From positions 64,001-128,000 of IMG/VR virus record IMGVR_UViG_3300025150_000004: a stretch of 64,000 bases of DNA. One strand, 5' to 3'. A program made the translations under genes and the position numbers. This DNA is from a virus. Below are positions 45,909-55,125 of this stretch, piece after piece (the stretch's first letter is position 1; every line of letters begins with the position of its first letter). The notes under the pieces were generated by a model. It saw only the letters and a program-made list of their open reading frames with translations. It had not been told where the DNA came from and did no database searches.

Positions 45909-48401
45909 ATGAGCAACACTCGCTTCGCCCTTCGCAACTTCGCTGGCGACCCCACGGCCTTTTTCCGGGTCGAGCCCGAGACCCTGGACACGAGCAGCGC
46001 CAAGGCCACGAGCCAGCCGTCCCACCACATCATCGGCATCGACGTGTCCGGGTCGATGTACTACGACCTGGAGGCCCTCAAGGGCATGGTCGAGAAGCTC
46101 CTCACCCTGGAGGAGTTCCGTGATCCGAACCTCCGGGTGAGCCTCATCACCTACTCGTCCAGCGGCGACGTGCGGGTCCACTTCGAGCGGGCCTCCGTGG
46201 CCGACGTGATGGCCCCCGGGTCCAAGCAGCTTCAGGAGATCCGCAACCTGCGGGTGCGGGGCCTCACCTGCATCAGCCAGGGGCTCCGGGCGGCCGAGAA
46301 GCTGGTGGACGACAAGGAGACGACCTGCATCAGCCTCCACAGCGACGGCTACGCCAACGACTCCAGCCCGATGGCGGAGCGGCGGGACATCGCCGCCGCC
46401 GTGGACGCCCTCAAGCAGCATCCCAACTGCTTCGTGAACACGGTGGCCTACCGGGACTGGAGCGACTTCGGGATGCTCTCGGGCATCGCCAACGCCCTCT
46501 CCGGCACCTGCCTCCAGGCCCGGGACATCCACCAGGTGTACGACGCCATGCACGACACCACCGAGCTTCTCGCCGGGAACATGGCCCCGGTGCTGGAGGT
46601 CGGCGTCGGCAAGGCGGACTTCCTCCTCGTGCTCTCCAAGTCGGGGGAGAAGGTGCTCGGTTCGACGGAACCGCTCGCCGTTCGGGGGCTCTCGGCCGGT
46701 GACGACGCCACGGCCTTCCGCCTGTACTCCATGACCAAGGACGAGTACGAGACCAGCGAGCTTCCGCAGGTCTCGGTGGACACGGACGGCGGGGACGTGA
46801 TCCTGGCCTTCGCCCGTGCCCAGGTCGCCCTCGGCAACCTCAACGCCGCCAAGTACGCCCTCGTGGCCTACCGGGACGCCGACCTGCTGGAGGGGCACTA
46901 CAAGGCCCTCACCGGCTCGGCGGTGGCCTCCATGGCCGGGGCGATGGAGAAGGCCCTGTTCACGCAGAACCGGACCGTCCGCACCACGACCGGCTTCGGG
47001 CTCTCGGCCCAGGGTCCGTCGGTGCTGGCCGTCCTCGGGACGCTGGCGACCTACCGCAACGGCATCCGGGTCAACGTGGACGACCTCGTCAAGGGCTACC
47101 AGCGGCGTGGCCTCAAGCGCATCCCCGGCGTCCGCAACGACGACGGCTCGCTGACCCCGCCCAACGCCACGCTCAAGACGGCGAAGGACCGTTCGGCGCT
47201 GCCCGTGTCCGGCATCGAGATCAACCGGAACACGGCGACGTGCAACATCCGCATGGTGCAGGACGGAACGCTCATCGACCAGCGTCCCGGCCGTGAGGAC
47301 CAGGTGATCGCCGAGGTCGAGGGCGTGCCGCTGAGCCTCAAGGACTACCGGAACTACACGATGGTCTCGGACGGCGACCTCAACGTCACGGTCCTGCCCC
47401 TGCGGATCACGGACAAGCGGTGCTTCAAGGCGCTGGCCGACCTGGGGATGGTGACCGGGACGTTCGACCCGAACCGCCAGTACGACCTGGACCTCTCCAG
47501 CCTCCCGCTGGTGGACTTCGGCCAGTCGTTCGACCTGCCGGGGGACACCTTCGACCGTCTCCTCCGCCTGACCGTGCTCCAGAAGCTCCTTTCGGGCATC
47601 ACGGCGGGGACCAGCGAGGCCCTGACGGCGGAGCAGATCGCCGCCCTCAAGGACGTTCACGTCACCCCGGCGGGGTATTTCTCGCCCCCGACGACGAACG
47701 CCTACACGGACCTCAAGGACGCCCTCGACAAGGGGATGGTGGACACCCGGCTGTCCTACAAGGTGGACATCGGGTCGCCCCAGATCACCAACCTCGGCAA
47801 GCTGCACTCGGGCAACGCCTTCCTCGACCGCCGGTTCACCGTGACGGACGCCGACGGCAACGAGGTGAAGAAGCCGAAGCTCCCGGCCCTGCTCGACGAC
47901 GGGATGACCGTGGCCGTGAAGGCCCTGTCCGCCCGGACCAAGCTCGACGCCGTGGACGAGGTGATGTACCCGGTCTTCGCCGAGTTCCTGAACCTGGAGG
48001 ACAACGGGCACCTGCTCGCCGTCCTCGGCGAGGCCGGGCTCGACTACGACGAGAAGAAGGCGTTCGACCAGGCCCGGATCGGGAAGGTGGACCGGGACAC
48101 CCGGGTGGAGACCTTCACGGCCACCCTCCGCAAGGTCAACGAGGCCATCGACGGCATCTACGACCAGACCGTCAGCCCGCTGGTCTTCTACGTCGGGGCC
48201 ACCGGCCTCGTGCCCGACGAGTTCGGGGCCAAGGCCATGACGGCGGAGCAGGTGGTCGAGAAGTTCCCCGACCTCAAGCTGGCCAAGGCCGAGAAGGAGG
48301 AGGGGACCTTCTTCCTCCTGCCCTCCGGGCTCCTGCTCACCGTCTACGTGAAGGGCGAGCACTTCACGACCGACGCCGGGCTCAAGGCCGCCGCAGCCTG
48401 A
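45909..48401 (+). CDS. vWA-domain protein (830 aa)
   Basis: MIDAS DVSGS, LT, HSDG; AGGAG RBS. Confidence 0.85.
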   Translation: MSNTRFALRNFAGDPTAFFRVEPETLDTSSAKATSQPSHHIIGIDVSGSMYYDLEALKGMVEKLLTLEEFRDPNLRVSLITYSSSGDVRVHFERASVADVMAPGSKQLQEIRNLRVRGLTCISQGLRAAEKLVDDKETTCISLHSDGYANDSSPMAERRDIAAAVDALKQHPNCFVNTVAYRDWSDFGMLSGIANALSGTCLQARDIHQVYDAMHDTTELLAGNMAPVLEVGVGKADFLLVLSKSGEKVLGSTEPLAVRGLSAGDDATAFRLYSMTKDEYETSELPQVSVDTDGGDVILAFARAQVALGNLNAAKYALVAYRDADLLEGHYKALTGSAVASMAGAMEKALFTQNRTVRTTTGFGLSAQGPSVLAVLGTLATYRNGIRVNVDDLVKGYQRRGLKRIPGVRNDDGSLTPPNATLKTAKDRSALPVSGIEINRNTATCNIRMVQDGTLIDQRPGREDQVIAEVEGVPLSLKDYRNYTMVSDGDLNVTVLPLRITDKRCFKALADLGMVTGTFDPNRQYDLDLSSLPLVDFGQSFDLPGDTFDRLLRLTVLQKLLSGITAGTSEALTAEQIAALKDVHVTPAGYFSPPTTNAYTDLKDALDKGMVDTRLSYKVDIGSPQITNLGKLHSGNAFLDRRFTVTDADGNEVKKPKLPALLDDGMTVAVKALSARTKLDAVDEVMYPVFAEFLNLEDNGHLLAVLGEAGLDYDEKKAFDQARIGKVDRDTRVETFTATLRKVNEAIDGIYDQTVSPLVFYVGATGLVPDEFGAKAMTAEQVVEKFPDLKLAKAEKEEGTFFLLPSGLLLTVYVKGEHFTTDAGLKAAAA

Positions 48402-48465
48402 TCCACCGAGAAGGCGGCCCTGCCGGGCCTTGACCCGGTAGGGCCGCTATGGGCCATCCTTCTGT

Positions 48466-48810
48466 GTGGAGGGATGGCCCGTGGACGACATCCGCCGAAC
48501 CTTCAAGTTCCGAGACGCCCGTACACTCCAGGTCTTCCTTGGCCCGGAGAGGGACATCCTCCATCTCCTGAAAAAGCTCCACATCCGAGCCCATGTCCAG
48601 GGGAAAAAGCTCGTGCTTCGTGGCTCCTCGCCGCAAGACATGGATCTTGCGTCTGACCTGGTGATGTTCGTGTCGATGCGGGCGCACCAGGGTCAACCCA
48701 CCAGAACACACCCGCCTGCTCGAACATGTCCCCAACTTCAGCGGCCTCCGCCCAACGGCGGACCGTCTCGACATCGGGTCACTCGACGTGCTCTTGGAGC
48801 GCCTTCATGA
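48466..48810 (+). CDS. Small protein resembling the KH-like N-terminus of PhoH/YbeZ; 3' part doubtful
   Basis: FLGPERDILHLLKKLHIRAHVQGKKLVLRG; preceded by CGGT-N7-CTAT. Confidence 0.4.
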   Translation: MEGWPVDDIRRTFKFRDARTLQVFLGPERDILHLLKKLHIRAHVQGKKLVLRGSSPQDMDLASDLVMFVSMRAHQGQPTRTHPPARTCPQLQRPPPNGGPSRHRVTRRALGAPS

Positions 48811-48879
48811 GGTCATCGGTGGAGGAAAGCCGCACTCGCCACGACTCCCGAGACACGTCGCTGTAGATCAAATCGAACA

Positions 48880-49152
48880 TCAGTTCACCTCCGCCAGGGC
48901 GAGCGTCACGCCCTGCACCTGAGCCGCCGAAGCCGCCCACACGGCCCGCTCCGGGCCGATGCGGCGGACCCGGGTGGACTCGTGCCACTTCTGGTACTCG
49001 TCCCGACCCTCGTACTGATCGTCGAAGACCTCCCAGCCCTCGGGCAGCGATGGAGTCCAGCCGTCGTCGAGGTAGGACGACTCGTAGCGCTGGACGAACA
49101 GACCCGTCTCGGGGCAGGTGGGGAGGCTGGTGATGTGCTCGGGCAGGTTCAT
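48880..49152 (-). CDS. Hypothetical protein
   Basis: GGAGG RBS; divergent promoter motif upstream. Confidence 0.7.
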   Translation of the reverse strand: MNLPEHITSLPTCPETGLFVQRYESSYLDDGWTPSLPEGWEVFDDQYEGRDEYQKWHESTRVRRIGPERAVWAASAAQVQGVTLALAEVN

Positions 49153-49174
49153 GCTTCCTCCGTGGTCACCTCAT

Positions 49175-49238
49175 CAACCCGTGAGGCCCCAGGACTAAAA
49201 TGCTGGCTGCACTTTTACTCCAGCGGACCTGCCGGTAG
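49175..49238. promoter_or_regulatory. Divergent pair of TTTA(G/C)-N14-(G/C)GGT(A/T)G promoter-like motifs
   Basis: Minus strand 49199-49175 and plus strand 49214-49238, each upstream of a GGAGG-led gene. Confidence 0.6.
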
Positions 49239-49262
49239 ATGGGGTGAGTACGGAGGAACCTG

Positions 49263-49586
49263 ATGCTGAACACCGACCATTTCACTCTCCTCGCTGGCAG
49301 CACCGACTGGGACGACGAGATGCGTCGTCGCCGGGAGGCGGGTGAGGATCTCGTGGCTCTCCAGGTGGAGTTCCACGGGCGAGGCCGCTGCGAGGCCGAG
49401 GTCGTCAAGACGCTCAACGGCTACAGCGTCCGCTACGCCTCTGGGCTCAGCAACTTCGGCCTCATCTTCCGTGGCTGCAAGACCTACGAGGAGGCGGTCG
49501 AGAAGGGGACCCGTTGGGTCGAGGAGGACCCCTCCGGGCGTTCCCTGTTCGTCCGCAACTCTGACATCCCCGGCAAGGAGGGTTGA
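49263..49586 (+). CDS. Hypothetical protein
   Basis: GGAGG RBS. Confidence 0.7.
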   Translation: MLNTDHFTLLAGSTDWDDEMRRRREAGEDLVALQVEFHGRGRCEAEVVKTLNGYSVRYASGLSNFGLIFRGCKTYEEAVEKGTRWVEEDPSGRSLFVRNSDIPGKEG

Positions 49587-49589
49587 TCG

Positions 49590-50272
49590 ATGTTCACTCC
49601 CGAACAACTCCGTGTACTGTCCATCGGCTACGACCTCGACTGCGGGGGCTACGAGTTCGAGCGTGCCCCCAAGGCCCTCGATCCCGACGGTGAGGACGTG
49701 GTCATCTTCGACGACCCGGACCTCGACTACCTCGGGTTGCAGGACGTGGTGCGGATGGGCGACTACTCCTGCGGGCTGTTCGCCTTCGCTCCGGGGGACG
49801 AGGACTTCGAGTTCCCAGAGTCCTACGAAGAGGACGACCTCGGGACGATGGTGCGGGTGGCCAAGGGCGTCCTCTATGGCTCGGACCACGAGTGCCACTG
49901 CCACGGCAAGCTCGTGACGTGGACCGGGGCTGCTGGGGAGCCCCGAGAAGCCCTCTCCGGGGAGAAGGTGGCGGAGTTCATCCGGGCTGGAGTGGAGGTC
50001 GAGGACCCTCCCAACTTCCCGAGGCGAAGAAGCCACGGCTTCAGCCGTGGCGTGCCAAGCTCGAAGCCGCTGCTCAGCGCCTCATCGAGGAGGAGAACCT
50101 CCAGGCCGCCCGTACTCACAACGTCATGGGTATCAGCATCCGAGCGATCCAGTTGTGGGGGGATGACGGGCTGCTTCTGGCAGAGCTTCGTCTCAACTCC
50201 CGGGGTGACGTGCTCCGGGTCTACCACAAGCTCTACATGAGGGCGAAGGACTTCGAGGATTACGAGAAGTGA
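49590..50272 (+). pseudogene. Acidic hypothetical protein with an apparent frameshift near 50017
   Basis: Coding-like sequence moves from the 49590 frame to the 49892 frame, whose stop couples to the next GTG. Confidence 0.5.
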
Positions 50273-50592
50273 GAGAACTCGAAGTCCTGTTCTACGAGAA
50301 CGGGCGTGGTGGCGTCGCCGTGTCCGTGGACGGCGGTGAGCACGTTGTCATCTCGACCGGCCGTACCCTGCTCCTGGCGGACACCGCCTGGGAGGAGTCC
50401 GGCGAGGAGCCCTGGGACGACCTCACGGAGCCTCAGAAGGCCGCCATTGTGGAGGCTCGGGAGCGGCTCCTGAGCATGAACGAGGCACAATCCGACCTTG
50501 ACGAGATCGTCCTGAACTACCGCAAACGGCGGCTTCACGAGGCCAGGCGGAGCCCAACACGGGCGGCCGAAAAGACGCCGAGAAGGTCGTAG
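50269..50592 (+). CDS. Hypothetical protein
   Basis: GTGA coupling; high-GC3 codons. Confidence 0.65.
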   Translation: MRELEVLFYENGRGGVAVSVDGGEHVVISTGRTLLLADTAWEESGEEPWDDLTEPQKAAIVEARERLLSMNEAQSDLDEIVLNYRKRRLHEARRSPTRAAEKTPRRS

Positions 50593-50849
50593 AGGTCGTC
50601 TGGAAGCGACCCCAGGGCGGGTTCCGAGAACCACTCGCCCTTCTGGAGCCGGAGCCGGAAAGGTCGCATGACCCGGTGGACCTGGGGCTCCCTGGCCCCC
50701 TGACCCTCGGCGACGAGGATGACCCGGACTTCGTAGGGGCAGCCGGTCTGGATCTCCTGGCGGCGACGCTCCACGTCGGAAGACCGGCCGACCTTGATGG
50801 CCCCGGTTTTCCCCATCTGGAAAACATACAAATGCTCTCCACCCCTCAC
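50535..50849 (-). CDS. GIY-YIG nuclease (T5orf172/MUG113-like)
   Basis: LYVFQ..IKVGRS.DVERR..EIQTGCP...GEWF. Confidence 0.8.
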   Translation of the reverse strand: MRGGEHLYVFQMGKTGAIKVGRSSDVERRRQEIQTGCPYEVRVILVAEGQGAREPQVHRVMRPFRLRLQKGEWFSEPALGSLPDDLYDLLGVFSAARVGLRLAS

Positions 50850-51427
50850 GTACCGCCTCCGTGCCGAGCTAGAAAACTTCGGCAGTAGGTTTTCAACTCC
50901 TGCATGGTCAAATCGGTCTTCATGCGGTTGAATCCCCAGCAGGCCAGCACCACGTTTCCCTGAACGTACCCTTTTTCCGGCACTTTCCGGTCTAGGCTGA
51001 CAGCGGTGTTGGACCTGTCCCCCGAGAAGGTGAGCGGCTCGCCGGTGTAGTAGCAGAGACCCCCCTGCTTAGACCAGATCTCGCAAAGGTGCTCTGGGGT
51101 GATGTCGAACGGAAGCCCCAGAGCCCGAACGTTGTTCCTGGCCGTGTTGTGCAGGTGGGAGAGGCGGGCCTTTGGGGATGAAGAGCGCCACCTCTTGTTG
51201 TAGTCGTTATGGCAATCACGGCAAAGGGTGTTGCCCCCTGAGAACCTGGCTTTCGGAAGATCCTCCCGGCATCCGGGGCAGATACGATTGGGCATTGCAG
51301 CTAGTCGTTGCCTTTGACGTTGCTGGATCTCCCGCCGGGCTTGTTTTCGGCATTCTAGGCATCTTTGGGCCTGCCCTGGGAAGTGGTCCTCGGGTTTGTC
51401 GTTCCCACACCTCTGGCAGTTTCGCAT
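50846..51427 (-). CDS. HNH-like endonuclease with two Zn ribbons
   Basis: CYYTG..SLDR....GY..GNVVLAC...NRMK; ATG after GGAGGGG. Confidence 0.8.
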   Translation of the reverse strand: MRNCQRCGNDKPEDHFPGQAQRCLECRKQARREIQQRQRQRLAAMPNRICPGCREDLPKARFSGGNTLCRDCHNDYNKRWRSSSPKARLSHLHNTARNNVRALGLPFDITPEHLCEIWSKQGGLCYYTGEPLTFSGDRSNTAVSLDRKVPEKGYVQGNVVLACWGFNRMKTDLTMQELKTYCRSFLARHGGGT

Positions 51428-51559
51428 AGGCCCCTCCGGTACTCCCCATGTGCCCGGTATAGGAGAACTACCGTGGCTAGAATTCCCTCCCACCACCGAG
51501 AAACCGGCCCTCTGGCGGAGAACTTGACCTATAGGCCACCTGACGCCCACGGTGAAAGA

Positions 51560-51850
51560 ATGAGGACAGCAATGATCTCCGTCCTCGTGCTTCTCGCTCT
51601 CTCTGCCTGTGGAATCTCGTACCCGGAGACCCCGGAAGAGGCCCCGGAGACCGTGTCGTTCCGGTTCGAGTGCCATTGGCTTGCCACGCCTGTGCTCGCC
51701 GGGATCCTCACCCTCCCCGTGGAACAGCTTCGGGGCAAGCCGCCCGAGTACTACACCGGGAGCATCGAGTGCAATGACCCCGAGACGCCCGGGATGACAT
51801 GCAAGTTCGTCGAGGTGGTTCACCCCGGGGAACCGGACGCCGGGGGGTAG
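51560..51850 (+). CDS. Lipoprotein
   Basis: Signal peptide with lipobox LSAC. Confidence 0.65.
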   Translation: MRTAMISVLVLLALSACGISYPETPEEAPETVSFRFECHWLATPVLAGILTLPVEQLRGKPPEYYTGSIECNDPETPGMTCKFVEVVHPGEPDAGG

Positions 51851-51851
51851 C

Positions 51852-52082
51852 TCACGGGCTCCCGAGCACGTCCATCCCTTGGCTCCGCATGTGCTCGACA
51901 TCCCCGTTGGTGAACTCGACGGTCGGGATCTCCTCATAGGAGGAGCGGCCACCCACACCCCCGTGCTTTGGGCGACGGACCACGGCCGTCACGGGCTCGA
52001 ACCCCTGGAACGGGGCGTTGAAGATGGTCTTGGCCTCGGGGTCGCACTCCGAGAGAAGGCGCATGAGGTCTTTGACTTTCAC
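51852..52082 (-). CDS. Small hypothetical phage protein
   Basis: MKVKDLMRLLSECDPEA; coupled to thyX. Confidence 0.65.
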   Translation of the reverse strand: MKVKDLMRLLSECDPEAKTIFNAPFQGFEPVTAVVRRPKHGGVGGRSSYEEIPTVEFTNGDVEHMRSQGMDVLGSP

Positions 52083-52984
52083 GCTGGACCCCCGAGCAGT
52101 CGGGAGACCTTGGCCTGAAGTTCGGTGACCTCCCGGGACGCCTTTTTGCCCTCCTTGGGCAGGGGTAGACCCGAGCCCCGGAGGACTTCCTCGACCACCC
52201 GGTCGAAACTCCAGTCGGGCACCTGCTCGGCGAGCACCTGGAGGACGGACCGCAGGCCCTCAACCTCGAATCGGGTGAGGTACATCCCGTTGAGCCGGTA
52301 GTCCTCGAACGCCTCCCAGCACCAGGGGACCCACTCCTTGACGACCTCGGCGATGGCGTTGGCGTAGGAGCGGATCTCCAGTTGAGCGTGCGGATCCATG
52401 CGGAGGCTGAGGAAGTGGAACAGGTTGTGGAGGTCGCTGGACCAGACCTTGGCGGTGTAGATGTTCACGGGAAGCACGCATCTTGCAAGCTCCCGAGCCA
52501 CCCCGCTCTCCAGCGCCCGTTCGTAGGCTCGGTAGGCTTCGGAGCAGCTTCTCCGAAGCTCGGTCTGGTAGGCCACCACGTCGTCTTCAGGGAGGTGCCC
52601 GTCTCGACCTTGCTTGTTGCTGGTGCTCTGAGCCCGCACGACCTCGGAGTCTGGGATGTAGAACTCTTCCGGCAGGACGCTGTACCGGGCTGACACCTCG
52701 TTGAGAGATGCCATCCGGTGCCGAACCCATTGACGCTCCACGAAAATTGGGAGCTTCACCTCCAGCTTGATTCGGGCCTGCTCGAACGGCGAGGTGTGCC
52801 TCGACCTCATCAGGTAGCGGAGAAGGCTACGGTCGTCGTTGGTTTTCTTGGTCCCCTTGGCGTAGGAGACCCGTGCGGCCTGTACAACTGAGTCGTCATC
52901 CCCCATCACGTCCACGAGCATGATGTAGCCGTGATCGAGCACAGGGATGGGCTCTTGAAATCGTTTGAGGTGTTCAGGAATCAT
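52079..52984 (-). CDS. thyX: FAD-dependent thymidylate synthase
   Basis: AARVSY, HTSPFE, RQWVRHRMASLNEVSARY, AQLEIR. Confidence 0.97.
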   Translation of the reverse strand: MIPEHLKRFQEPIPVLDHGYIMLVDVMGDDDSVVQAARVSYAKGTKKTNDDRSLLRYLMRSRHTSPFEQARIKLEVKLPIFVERQWVRHRMASLNEVSARYSVLPEEFYIPDSEVVRAQSTSNKQGRDGHLPEDDVVAYQTELRRSCSEAYRAYERALESGVARELARCVLPVNIYTAKVWSSDLHNLFHFLSLRMDPHAQLEIRSYANAIAEVVKEWVPWCWEAFEDYRLNGMYLTRFEVEGLRSVLQVLAEQVPDWSFDRVVEEVLRGSGLPLPKEGKKASREVTELQAKVSRLLGGPA

Positions 52985-53591
52985 CCTGCCTGTCCTTGCA
53001 TTCGTAGGTGCCCGTCTCTCGGTTGAACATCAGAAAACCCGAACGAAGCAGGCGGAAGGCCACCCCCTGTAGAGAGGAGTGCGCTTGCCGATGCCTTGTC
53101 CGATCCGTCAGCCACAGGTTCTCCGGGGCGTTGTTGGTTTTGTCTCCGTCGATGTGGTGAACGACCTCGGTCGGGAGAAGGGTTCTGCCCAGAGCCCCCT
53201 CCATGACCACCACATGTTCCTTGCGATAGTTTACCCATCCTGAACCGGAACCCTGCCGCCCAGGGACGACGTTGACCATCACGTACCCATGGTGGTCAAC
53301 GTAGCGACCGCCCTTCCAACAGGGGTGGTTCTCCCGGGTCCGTTGACGGTTGCGCTCAGCAACAGCCTTGTTGGTTGTCCCACGGCTGGATTTCCCAATG
53401 CGCCTGGCCACACAGGGCTGGCAGAACGTCTCTCCCGTCCAGCCCTGTTTGCGTTGACCCTGGACGTAGTTGTTCCAGTTGGTCTCGGACCGTTTTCCGC
53501 AGTCGTCGCAGATGAGCGCCACACGTTTGATGCTGCCCTTGGTCAGTAGCGCAATGGGGGTCCCGTCCATTGCTTTGTCCGATGCAAGCAT
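52974..53591 (-). mobile_element. HNH homing endonuclease upstream of thyX
   Basis: CDDC..CQPC, HPCWKGGR, EHVVVME..LGR.L..EVVHHIDGDKTNN..ENL. Confidence 0.9.
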
Positions 53592-53691
53592 GGGGGCACC
53601 CTATCTGTGAAGGCACCAACAGTCAATTCGTTTCCTTTCCTATACCCAGATCAGGGGTAGGACGACCCATGTGGGCCGCCTCGGAGGCAAG

Positions 53692-53964
53692 ATGGCCACG
53701 GCGAACAACACCAAGGTCTGGGACTGGCTGTTCAAGATCATGTCCGCCCTCGTCATCCCCCTGGTCCTGTGGGGGGTTAAGCTGGAGGTGAAGAACGCCG
53801 TGCAGAACGAGAAGATCGTCCAGTTGGAGAAGGACCTTGCAGCGGCGGCGGATGTCGAGAAAGAGGTACGTCTGAACACCCAGGCCCTCGGGAGGCTGGA
53901 GGAGAAGCTCAATGCGGCGAACACCAATCTCAGCGAGATCAAGCGCCTGCTTCGTCAGCCTTAG
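53692..53964 (+). CDS. Membrane-anchored coiled-coil protein (i-spanin or holin-like)
   Basis: One N-terminal TM helix followed by heptads. Confidence 0.55.
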   Translation: MATANNTKVWDWLFKIMSALVIPLVLWGVKLEVKNAVQNEKIVQLEKDLAAAADVEKEVRLNTQALGRLEEKLNAANTNLSEIKRLLRQP

Positions 53965-54391
53965 CCTCCTCCTGGCCTGCTCCAAGCCGGTCGAGAAGGC
54001 TGCGGCACCGCCCACGGCCCCAGAGGCGGTGGAGGCCGAAGATGCGGGCGTCGAGCCCTCCGATGCCGGGGTGGCCCCGGCCCCCCCGGCTCCACGGCCG
54101 GAGCGCAAGCGGCGCAAGGTCAAGCTCGCCGAGAAGGGCTACGACCCCGAGCGGATCACGGAGCAGCGGGCCATGGTGGCTGTGCAGTCCAAGCGGGCCG
54201 AGGACTTGGGGCAGGAGATTGCCCAGGTCAAGGCCGAGCTTATGGCCCGAAAGCTGGCGCATTTGCGGGTTCTGGCCCGGCGGAGGGGCTGGACGCTGGG
54301 TGAGGAGCCCGTGCAGGACCGGGAACGGAAGGTGTGGCGGCAGTGGGTCAAGCTGGAGCGGGAGGTGGAGGGTGATGAAACGTCACCTTGA
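53912..54391 (+). CDS. Lipoprotein (o-spanin-like)
   Basis: Lipobox LLAC, Pro/Ala linker, coiled coil; overlaps the upstream gene. Confidence 0.55.
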   Translation: MRRTPISARSSACFVSLSLLLACSKPVEKAAAPPTAPEAVEAEDAGVEPSDAGVAPAPPAPRPERKRRKVKLAEKGYDPERITEQRAMVAVQSKRAEDLGQEIAQVKAELMARKLAHLRVLARRRGWTLGEEPVQDRERKVWRQWVKLEREVEGDETSP

Positions 54392-54605
54392 GGCCGTGAC
54401 CGGGAGACGGGTCTACGAATACACCGATGCCGAGGGCATCGTGTTCTACTCGTTCCACCGGACGGCCAACTTCGTGAACCCGCCCAAGCGGCTCACGTTG
54501 AAGTCCCGCATCGGGGAGCACCTGACCAACTTCCTCTCCCGGCTCCGGCGGGAATTCGGCGAGCCCGACAAGCCCGAGCCGAAGGACAAGGAGACCGGCG
54601 GGTAG
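54375..54605 (+). CDS. Hypothetical protein
   Basis: ATG after GGAGGG. Confidence 0.6.
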   Translation: MKRHLEAVTGRRVYEYTDAEGIVFYSFHRTANFVNPPKRLTLKSRIGEHLTNFLSRLRREFGEPDKPEPKDKETGG

Positions 54606-54634
54606 AGTGGCGCACACCACCTGATCCCAGGGAG

Positions 54635-55111
54635 ATGAAGACAATGAACGACGAGACCAAGACCGACAAGACCGACGAGACCCCGGAGGTCCCCGAGGTG
54701 GCCGGGGAAGCCCCCGAGTCCTCCGAGCCCGTCGAGGCCGCCCCGGAGACCGAGCCCCAGGAGCCGACCCCCCTCAACGGCAAGGCGAAGCCGGGGAGCG
54801 ACCCGTTCCAGGTCGGGGAGCTTCTCCCACAGGAGGTGATGCAGCTTCAGCAGGTGCGGGGCCGCATCAACCAGCACCTCATGGAGATCGGGCACCACGA
54901 GGTCCAGAAGGCCATGCTCCTCGCCAAGCTCGAACAACTGGAGCAGCAGGGTCAGACGGTCATCCGCCAGGCCCGGCTCCGGCTCGGGATCGATGACGGC
55001 GAGACCATCCAGGTGACGCCCGACGGCAAGATCCGCCGGATGCCCCAGCATCCGCCCAACGTGGTTCCCATGCCCACCCCGGGGAGCGGCAAGCCGCCCG
55101 CTGCGGGGTGA
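54635..55111 (+). CDS. Hypothetical protein
   Basis: GGGAG RBS; acidic N-terminus and a coiled coil. Confidence 0.7.
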   Translation: MKTMNDETKTDKTDETPEVPEVAGEAPESSEPVEAAPETEPQEPTPLNGKAKPGSDPFQVGELLPQEVMQLQQVRGRINQHLMEIGHHEVQKAMLLAKLEQLEQQGQTVIRQARLRLGIDDGETIQVTPDGKIRRMPQHPPNVVPMPTPGSGKPPAAG

Positions 55112-55125
55112 CAAGGAGGTAGGCG

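Noticed and set aside
48779-48781. Genome-wide stop-codon reassignment
   Set aside because: TGA, TAG and TAA all terminate clear genes (terL TGA, portal TAG, capsid TAA); this is a single in-frame TGA
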